Source of the DNA: a virus
Lineage: Duplodnaviria > Caudoviricetes
Length of the DNA stretch: 64,000 nt
Strand: one strand, 5' to 3'
IMG/VR virus record: IMGVR_UViG_3300010429_000387
Location: 160,001 to 224,000 of that record
Positions 57,172 through 64,000 of this stretch are shown in pieces (the stretch's first letter is position 1; each line of letters starts with the position of its first letter). The position numbers and the translations under genes are program-made. The notes beneath the pieces were generated by a model. It searched no databases. It saw only the letters and a program-made list of their open reading frames with translations, and had not been told where the DNA came from.

Positions 57172-57708
57172 ATGCTCATCCAGGTCAGCGATATCACCGG
57201 TCCCAGGGCTCGGGCCACCATCACTCATGCTCGTGCCTACGACTATGACGAGAAGCGGGGCATCTGGCTCACGAAGGTCATTGACGAGCAGGAATCCCAC
57301 AACATCGTCACGGATGCTGGCCGACGCAGGATCCACACCTACCTCTATGGTGTTGGGTCTCAGCGCTCTGGTCTCGGTGGCGGGCTCAACTACATCGCCC
57401 TCTCGAACGATGCCACGGCCCCAGCAGCGAACGACACTGTCCTCGCTGGGGAGATCCTGGAAGGGGTCGCAACAGCAGGTCTGGCTCGCTCTCTGGCAAC
57501 CGTGACCCTGCCAACGGGCTCGGGAACCCAGACCGTGATTCAGAAGATTTTCACGTACACTGGCGTTCCAGGCCCTCAGGGAGTCCAGAAGACGGCCCTC
57601 TTTGATGATGCCACTACTGGTGCGATGGCTCATGAGATCCAGTTCGCCCCGAGGACTCTCTTCACCAACGACACCCTGACTGTCACGTTCGCCATCACCC
57701 TAGCGTGA
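57172..57708 (+). CDS. Tail fibre attachment/collar-like protein
   Basis: RBS GGAGG before ATG 57172; NIVTDAG..YIALSND..DTVLAGEI..ALFD..DTLTVTFAITL is typical of fibre N-terminal modules. Confidence 0.65.
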   Translation: MLIQVSDITGPRARATITHARAYDYDEKRGIWLTKVIDEQESHNIVTDAGRRRIHTYLYGVGSQRSGLGGGLNYIALSNDATAPAANDTVLAGEILEGVATAGLARSLATVTLPTGSGTQTVIQKIFTYTGVPGPQGVQKTALFDDATTGAMAHEIQFAPRTLFTNDTLTVTFAITLA

Positions 57709-57736
57709 GGGCACTTCTGGATGAATGGAGTGCTAA

Positions 57737-58903
57737 ATGGGCGTAGCGACTTGCCAGTTCACACAAGGGAGTAGTGTAGGCGGGAGCGGGAAATCAGTTT
57801 TCGGCTTCCAGTCTGGCGTTTCCGTCACCATGACGGATGACGGTGGCCCAGGTGCGACCTCGTACCAGTGGGAACTCCTTTCGTGGCCTGCTCCACTCGC
57901 TGTCCCCCCAGTCATCACTGACGAAACCCTTCAGGTGGCGACCATCACGCCAACCCTGGATGGGGTCTACATCGTCAAGCTGACAAGGACCGAAGGTGCC
58001 ACGGTCACCACCGACTACAAGTTCTTCGGGGTGGCTGACGAAGACGGACTGACTCTGCCCTCAGCGGGTCAGTCCGGGCACATGACCAACCAGACCACGG
58101 AGACACAGAAGACTGGGTGGGCTGGTAGGGCCAATGCCACTACGAACTTCCAACTCGATGCTTACCTCCGGTTCCTCAAGTCTCGGGTTGGAAGGTATGT
58201 AGGGCACACTCTAGTCATCCCGCACACTGGAACCCACACGACGGTTCAGGTCCAGGATGGGGTGAGTAAGCCCTTCCGGATCATCACGGCCTCGGGAGGC
58301 TCTGGGCTCTACACTGAGGAGCTGGTGATCCCAGCTACCGAGGGGCAGCGGATCCGCTATCTTGTGAGCCTCACAACGGGAGCGGGTGGGGTCAGGATGC
58401 TGAACGGGGTTGGTGGGTCCATAGTCCTGGACCTCCCGGCCCCTCCTTCGGGGACAGTCACCTATGAGGCTGAGTTCGTCTCCGATGGGACCAACTGGAA
58501 CCTCTCCCGAAGCACGGTTGTTGGTCAGAAGTCTCAGTTTCGTAGCCGGGACATCGACTTCGTGGCTGGCCTCAAGACGACCGATCAGACGATCCCGACC
58601 CGAATAGGTTCCGCTCGGATCAACACCAGTGACTTCCCTGACAACACGGAGTTCCGCTTCGTTGTTCAGATTGAGGTCACTGTGGGCCGAAGAGCCTACA
58701 TTCAGGTGTACGACCTGACCGGAGGGGACTACGTTGGCACGTCCCTGACTACGAACATCGAGACTCCAACTCAACTGGAGCAGGTCCTTTCACTCCCTTC
58801 TGGCACGAGGGACTATGAGGTCCTGCTCTGGCAAGGTTCCCCTGGTGGCCCCGCTGACAGGGTAACGTGTACCAGTGCCAAGATTGTAGCAAAGTGGGGC
58901 TGA
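57737..58903 (+). CDS. Tail fibre-associated protein with N-terminal PKD-like domain
   Basis: TSYQWEL..ATITPTLDGVYIVKLT (PKD-like), followed by beta-rich domains. Confidence 0.6.
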   Translation: MGVATCQFTQGSSVGGSGKSVFGFQSGVSVTMTDDGGPGATSYQWELLSWPAPLAVPPVITDETLQVATITPTLDGVYIVKLTRTEGATVTTDYKFFGVADEDGLTLPSAGQSGHMTNQTTETQKTGWAGRANATTNFQLDAYLRFLKSRVGRYVGHTLVIPHTGTHTTVQVQDGVSKPFRIITASGGSGLYTEELVIPATEGQRIRYLVSLTTGAGGVRMLNGVGGSIVLDLPAPPSGTVTYEAEFVSDGTNWNLSRSTVVGQKSQFRSRDIDFVAGLKTTDQTIPTRIGSARINTSDFPDNTEFRFVVQIEVTVGRRAYIQVYDLTGGDYVGTSLTTNIETPTQLEQVLSLPSGTRDYEVLLWQGSPGGPADRVTCTSAKIVAKWG

Positions 58904-58904
58904 T

Positions 58905-60116
58905 ATGGGCGGAACACTCAGAGGCAAGATTGACTGCTACAACAACTCGTTGAATCACTTCACGAACGCCCAAGAGGTCTTCAAGTGCCTCTACGACTTC
59001 CTGAAGTCTCACCCGAACATGACCGAGATCGCTCGGAACGGTGGGGGTGGAGGGTCGGCTGCAAGCGTTGATTTCTGGGATGGGTCCAACCCATTCAGGT
59101 ACAACGCCTGGTACGTGTTCCGGATGAACGATGCCACCCTAGAGTCTGGGGCGGCTAACCCTACCGGGTACAGCGGCCCGAGGACCTTCCCTTGGTACAT
59201 CTACGTCCAGTGGCTTCGTGGTGACTACACTCAGGACTGGAATGCCTCCCCGGCCACTCCATCTTACTTCGAGAACTACAACAATATCGCCTATTCGGGA
59301 GGGGTGGTAGGGGTCCAGTTCTGCATCCCTGTGGGTACAATAGCTGGAACGAGCGAGATGCCCTGGAACGGAGGCGGGACCTTTGGGGCAAACACCAAGG
59401 GGACTCCGGTTTGGAGGTCAACAGCGGGGACTCCCACAGGCTTCCAAGGCTCCTTCGTCTTCCCCAGGACAAACAACGTGGGTGGTTCCTTCGCTAGCTC
59501 CAGGCAGAGTTGCTCGAATGTCGTTTACTTCAACAACACTGGAACAACACCTGGTCGATGTCACTTCCTGGCCGATGATGACAGCCTGATCATTCTGACC
59601 AACGTCGGGGACAACGCCAACGACTGGACTCTCAACTACTTCGGGCTCTACAACGTTCGCCCTGGGATCACCATCAACTACCCGATGGTTCACATCCAAA
59701 GCGGGCTACCCCTTGGGGTAGCTAACACGACTTTTGGGCCAACAGGTGGGGCCTATCCAGGAGGTGGGTTCCCCGTGAATGCTGTTGCCACTGATGGTGT
59801 TCGTGGGCTGATTGTCTCCCGGTACGATGAGTTCTTCAATCAGTATTCCAGCCCGAACAAGATGTTTGCTTCGGAGCAGTACGATGAGTGGAAGATCCCT
59901 GTTGGGCTCTATGAGTACCCTAGCTACTATGGGTATGCTGGGGAGATAGACCTCCTGAGGGAGGTCTACAACTGGTCTCCGAATGATGCCAACATTGGAC
60001 GCACAAGGCTGGCAATTGGAACGAACACCCCTCAGGGTGTCAAGCTGACGATCCCCTGGAATGGTTCGACGATCCCAAGGTCGAACTTCACCCGAGCTGG
60101 GATCACCTTCCCTTGA
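58905..60116 (+). CDS. Putative fibre/receptor-binding protein, paralog 1
   Basis: 403 aa, rich in Gly/Asn/Tyr/Trp; first of the tandem family. Confidence 0.6.
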   Translation: MGGTLRGKIDCYNNSLNHFTNAQEVFKCLYDFLKSHPNMTEIARNGGGGGSAASVDFWDGSNPFRYNAWYVFRMNDATLESGAANPTGYSGPRTFPWYIYVQWLRGDYTQDWNASPATPSYFENYNNIAYSGGVVGVQFCIPVGTIAGTSEMPWNGGGTFGANTKGTPVWRSTAGTPTGFQGSFVFPRTNNVGGSFASSRQSCSNVVYFNNTGTTPGRCHFLADDDSLIILTNVGDNANDWTLNYFGLYNVRPGITINYPMVHIQSGLPLGVANTTFGPTGGAYPGGGFPVNAVATDGVRGLIVSRYDEFFNQYSSPNKMFASEQYDEWKIPVGLYEYPSYYGYAGEIDLLREVYNWSPNDANIGRTRLAIGTNTPQGVKLTIPWNGSTIPRSNFTRAGITFP

Positions 60117-60125
60117 GAGGCTGAC

Positions 60126-61334
60126 ATGGGCGGAACACTCAGAGGCAAGATTGACTGCTACTCCAACTCGGGGTCCCAGTACACCAACCCTCAGGCGGTA
60201 TTCAAGGGACTCTACGACTTCCTGAAGTCTCACCCGAACATGACCGAGATCGCTCGTCATGGTGGGAGTGGAGGGTCAGCCTCGAACATCAACTACTACG
60301 ATGAGGCCAATCCGTTCAACCACCAAGCCTGGTACGTGTTCCGGATGAACGACGCCACGTTGGAGTCGGGGGCGGCTAACCCTACCGGGTACAGCGGCCC
60401 GAGGACCTTCCCTTGGTACATCTACGTCCAGTTCAGTCGAGGAGACGTGGGGCAGGACTGGAACGCCTCCCCAGCCAACCCTTCATACTATGAGGCTCAA
60501 ACTGGAACCTACTGGAACGCAGGGATTGTGGGGGTTCAGTTCTGCATCCCAGTGGGGACGATAGCTGGAACGAGTGAGGCTCCTTGGAACGGTGGTGGAA
60601 CCCTCGGGACGAACACCAAGGGTTCCCCAGTTTGGAGAACCACAGCAGGGACCCCTACAGGGTTCCAAGGGTCCTTTGTTTTCCCTCGGTCCAACAGTCC
60701 TGGAGGGTCCCACTCATCTGCTCGGCAAAACTGCTCCAATATCGTGAACATCAACGGATACGGGGGTCCAGTTAGGTACAGTTTCATTGCTGATGACGAT
60801 AGTTTGGTCATCCTCACCAATGTAGGAGATGATGCCAACACCTGGACCATGAACTACTTTGGGTTGTACACTCCCAGGACCGGCCTGACCATCAACTACC
60901 CGATGGTCTACTTGCAGTGGACCCTCCCACTTGCGGTAGGGAACACGGTCTATGGGTCTACTGGAGGAGCCTACCCAGGAGGGGGGATCCCTCTGAATGC
61001 TGTTGCCACTGACGGTGTTCGCCAGGTGATCATCTCCCGGTATAATGAGTTCTTCAACCAGTATTCCAGCCCGAACAAGATGTTCGCCACCGAGAAGTAC
61101 GATGAGTTCCGGATCCCGGTCATCGTGTATGAGTCCCCGACCTTCTTTGGGTATGCCGGTGACATCGACTTCATTCGAGAGGTCTACAACTGGTCCCCGA
61201 ATGACATGACTACGGGAAGGCTACGGGCAGCTTGGGGGACCAACACTCCCTTTGGGATCAAGCTGACCACTCCTTGGAATGGGGTCACTTCCCCAAGGTC
61301 AACCTTCACCCGAGCCGGGGTCACCTTCCCGTGA
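60126..61334 (+). CDS. Putative fibre/receptor-binding protein, paralog 2
   Basis: Collinear with paralog 1 and shares identical DNA blocks. Confidence 0.6.
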   Translation: MGGTLRGKIDCYSNSGSQYTNPQAVFKGLYDFLKSHPNMTEIARHGGSGGSASNINYYDEANPFNHQAWYVFRMNDATLESGAANPTGYSGPRTFPWYIYVQFSRGDVGQDWNASPANPSYYEAQTGTYWNAGIVGVQFCIPVGTIAGTSEAPWNGGGTLGTNTKGSPVWRTTAGTPTGFQGSFVFPRSNSPGGSHSSARQNCSNIVNINGYGGPVRYSFIADDDSLVILTNVGDDANTWTMNYFGLYTPRTGLTINYPMVYLQWTLPLAVGNTVYGSTGGAYPGGGIPLNAVATDGVRQVIISRYNEFFNQYSSPNKMFATEKYDEFRIPVIVYESPTFFGYAGDIDFIREVYNWSPNDMTTGRLRAAWGTNTPFGIKLTTPWNGVTSPRSTFTRAGVTFP

Positions 61335-61344
61335 GAGGTCGCTG

Positions 61345-62583
61345 ATGTCCGGTACGATTCGAGGAAAGGTCGAGTGCTACTTCGGGTTCAGGAATACCCC
61401 TACGGGTACTGGGGCTGGGTACAGAGACATCGTCCAAGAGGTGTTCACTGCGATCTACAAATATTTCAAGGTCCATCCGAACATGACCGAGGTGGCTCGT
61501 CATGGGGGGATCGGTAGCACAGCTTCCTCAGTCAACTACTGGGACGAGTCTTTCCCCTTCACCAACAACGCCTGGTTCGTGTTCAAGATGAACACGGTCA
61601 CCGAAAACCCTCTCTACATTGGGACCAGGACGTTCCCTTGGTACGTTCTAGTCCAGTGGAACCGAGATGACCAGGCCAGCTTTGGCTCTTCCCCAGGGAA
61701 CCCAGGGAAGTGCGAAAACAACGCCAACTACAGCGGCAACAACAGCCGCATAGGCATTCAGTTTGCCATTGGCATCGGGGGGGATCAGAACCCCTGGAAC
61801 GGCACGGGGACACTTGGTCAGAACGTGAAGGGTTCCCCTGTCTGGAAGACTCCAACCGGCGGGACTGGGGTTATCGTGTATCCTCGCTCGAACAACGTGG
61901 GTGGAGCCCATGTGACGAACAAGGAGAACACCAGCCACATTTTCTATCGTGATAGTGGGAACACAACCAGTCCAAGCAAGGTCCACATCATCATGGATGA
62001 CGACAACTTCGTCTTCCTTGCAGATCCAACCTACATAGATCAGTGGTCTTTGTGCTACTTTGGTGTCTTCGTTCCACGGCCGGACCTGACTTTTGAATAC
62101 CCCTACGTGATGCTCAACACCATCACGGGGTATCTGCCGATCCTGAGAGGCAATGTCTACGGGAGCACCAACGGACAGGGGTGGTGTAATGAGAGCCCAA
62201 ACAACGGTGGTGGGATTCCAGCCCCTAATCCAGCCGTCAACGGGGTTAGGGGGCTTTTCATGGAGAGGTATCAACTCCTCTTCGACAGTTCATCTCCCTA
62301 TGTGTTCATGAACCCCAACAAATACTTCGACACTCCAGTGTTTGACGAGTACCCGATCCCTATTGCCATGTATGAGTACCCCAACTGGTACGGGTATGCA
62401 GGGCAGATCGACTTCATCAAGGAGACTTCTGGGTCTGAGACCAGGTGTCGAACCACTGGGACAGGTACTCGCTACGTCGTTGGCGGTTCCACCAGTCTCA
62501 CCAACGTCGTCAAGCTCTCTGTTCCCTGGCCTGCCAGCGTGAACCCAGGGATCGGCCTGACCCGAGAGGGAATCGTCTTCTAG
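61345..62583 (+). CDS. Putative fibre/receptor-binding protein, paralog 3
   Basis: ATG 61345 after GAGG; MSGTIRGKVECY..HPNMTEVARHGG..RTFPWY..PWNG..YAGQIDF. Confidence 0.6.
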   Translation: MSGTIRGKVECYFGFRNTPTGTGAGYRDIVQEVFTAIYKYFKVHPNMTEVARHGGIGSTASSVNYWDESFPFTNNAWFVFKMNTVTENPLYIGTRTFPWYVLVQWNRDDQASFGSSPGNPGKCENNANYSGNNSRIGIQFAIGIGGDQNPWNGTGTLGQNVKGSPVWKTPTGGTGVIVYPRSNNVGGAHVTNKENTSHIFYRDSGNTTSPSKVHIIMDDDNFVFLADPTYIDQWSLCYFGVFVPRPDLTFEYPYVMLNTITGYLPILRGNVYGSTNGQGWCNESPNNGGGIPAPNPAVNGVRGLFMERYQLLFDSSSPYVFMNPNKYFDTPVFDEYPIPIAMYEYPNWYGYAGQIDFIKETSGSETRCRTTGTGTRYVVGGSTSLTNVVKLSVPWPASVNPGIGLTREGIVF

Positions 62584-62595
62584 GAGGAACCAGTC

Positions 62596-63825
62596 ATGGC
62601 AGGTCAGGTCTACGGCAAGATTGAGTGTGTCTCGAACACCGGCAACAACAAGTACAACACCTACGAGGTGTTCAAGGGGCTCTACGACTTCCTCATGTAC
62701 CTTGAGACCCAGGGGGTTGTGACCCTTCGGGCTCGGTATGCTGGGATTGGAGCAGCCTCAGCAGCCTCAGTGGCCTACTGGGACCAGGCGAATCCCTTCA
62801 CCCACAACGCTTGGGCCTTGTTCGAGTGGAGGACCGGTTCGACAACTCCGTCGAATCCGAGCTATGCCGGGACCAGGAATGAGCCGTTCTACATTCTCAT
62901 CCAGTTTGCCACTTCCCCAGATGGATGGTTCTCCCAATCGGGCACCCCAGCGGCCCCGTCTTTGATTTTGGGTGTCAATGGGCCTGATGGGGGTCAATCT
63001 GGAGCTGTAGCCCTCTCAATGGCCGTTGGCATTGGAGGGGACCAGATGCCCTGGAACGGCACGCTGGGGACCTATGGGGACTCAGGGTCGTTCGGGAACC
63101 AAGCCAAGGGAAACCCGGTCTGGAAGGTCCCTACCGGCGGGACCGGCCTCTATGTCTTCCCTCGAAGCAACAACTCCGGAGGGTCCCATAACACCTCCAA
63201 GCAGAACATGAACTACGTGTTCTTCAATCAGTGGACCCCGAACATTCCAGTTAGATACCACTTCATTGCCGACCACGATGGTCTACTCATTCTGAATGAC
63301 GACGCCAATGACGTGAACTACCACTACCTGTACTCGGGGGTCTACAAGCTGAGAGATGGTCTAACTGACCAGGATCCCTACCTCATGATGGGTGGCAGGA
63401 CTGTGATTGCCCCAGATTCAGGAACGTACTTCGGGGATACATTGGGAACCAATGGCACCAACGGTGGTATTGCCTTCAAACGTGATGGGGTTTGTGATGT
63501 TCGGTTGGTAGGCACCTCCCTTCTTCAGGAAGTTCTTGGGTGGTCAACCAACTACACTCAACCGAATCGACTTTTTGCCTCAAGTACCTACGATGAGATG
63601 CCATACCTCATTCAACCGTATGAATACTATGCTGGATTTGCGGGGAGCATCGAGTTCTTCCGCATCGTCCAGAACGTAGCCAACTTGGAGAGGAACACGG
63701 CGGGCAACAAGCTCATCATCGGGACCCCAACTGTATCGGCTCTCAAGTTCATTGTCCCGTGGAACTCTGCTGTGGTCCCCCTCTCTGGGACGACTCGGGT
63801 GGGGACAACCGGGGCATTCCCCTGA
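62596..63825 (+). CDS. Putative fibre/receptor-binding protein, paralog 4
   Basis: RBS AGGAGG; GKIEC..FKGLYDFL..PWNG..VFPRSN..PWN. Confidence 0.6.
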   Translation: MAGQVYGKIECVSNTGNNKYNTYEVFKGLYDFLMYLETQGVVTLRARYAGIGAASAASVAYWDQANPFTHNAWALFEWRTGSTTPSNPSYAGTRNEPFYILIQFATSPDGWFSQSGTPAAPSLILGVNGPDGGQSGAVALSMAVGIGGDQMPWNGTLGTYGDSGSFGNQAKGNPVWKVPTGGTGLYVFPRSNNSGGSHNTSKQNMNYVFFNQWTPNIPVRYHFIADHDGLLILNDDANDVNYHYLYSGVYKLRDGLTDQDPYLMMGGRTVIAPDSGTYFGDTLGTNGTNGGIAFKRDGVCDVRLVGTSLLQEVLGWSTNYTQPNRLFASSTYDEMPYLIQPYEYYAGFAGSIEFFRIVQNVANLERNTAGNKLIIGTPTVSALKFIVPWNSAVVPLSGTTRVGTTGAFP

Positions 63826-63848
63826 TCGTCTTCTAGGAGGTCTAGTTC

Positions 63849-64000
63849 ATGTCGGGGCAAGCCTACGGAAAGCTCGAATGTGTCTCCCTGTATACAGGGA
63901 ACAACGTCTATCAGAACGCCCAGGAGTTCTTCAAGGGCCTCTACGACTTCCTCATGTACCTTGAGACTCAAGGAGTTGTGACCCTTCGGGCTCGGTATGC
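63849..64000 (+). CDS. Paralog 5, 3'-truncated (not in the ORF track)
   Basis: AGGAGG then ATG 63849: MSGQAYGKLECVSLYTGNNVYQNAQEFFKGLYDFLMYLETQGVVTLRARY, nearly identical to paralog 4 in its second half. Confidence 0.75.
   Translation, partial: MSGQAYGKLECVSLYTGNNVYQNAQEFFKGLYDFLMYLETQGVVTLRARY

Noticed and set aside
12446-57708. Bacterial eCIS, tailocin or T6SS locus rather than a phage
   Set aside because: Neck and head-completion-like genes, phage-type accessory genes and the absence of host housekeeping genes favour a phage, although capsid and terminase genes are not in the window.
58905-64000. Diversity-generating retroelement acting on the paralog array
   Set aside because: Differences between copies are not adenine-specific, all copies are full coding genes, and no reverse transcriptase or non-coding template repeat is present in the window.
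1-64000. Stop-codon reassignment as seen in some large phages
   Set aside because: Genes are long and uninterrupted in code 11 and end at TAA, TAG and TGA, each followed by a new RBS and start.

Overview
64 kb of a large contractile-tailed (myovirus, probably jumbo) phage genome, estimated by eye at about 58-60% GC, in the standard genetic code. Essentially all credible genes are on the + strand and tightly packed. The order is: fibre/neck/head-completion genes (1-7.8 kb); accessory genes (modular Lys-rich protein, Dps-like, actin-like ATPase, tail terminator, FmdB zinc ribbon); a 1439-aa tail sheath; an ~8.7 kb non-tail block (J-domain protein, UvrD helicase, modular protein); tail tube, two chaperones and tape measure; baseplate hub/lysin/spike/wedge genes; and a tandem array of at least five paralogous ~400-aa putative receptor-binding proteins. 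No capsid, terminase, tRNA, CRISPR or mobile element is visible. Two signals stand out. (i) Two related ~150-170 nt non-coding elements built from single-stranded YAGAY pentamer repeats interleaved with hairpins lie in front of the sheath gene and right behind the tube gene. (ii) Five unrelated proteins (Dps, J-domain, UvrD and two modular proteins) carry K/R-x-A-(A/S) and RVAxxY-type motifs at domain boundaries, suggesting protease-matured, capsid-packaged cargo. All product calls come from motif recognition and gene order, not from database searches.
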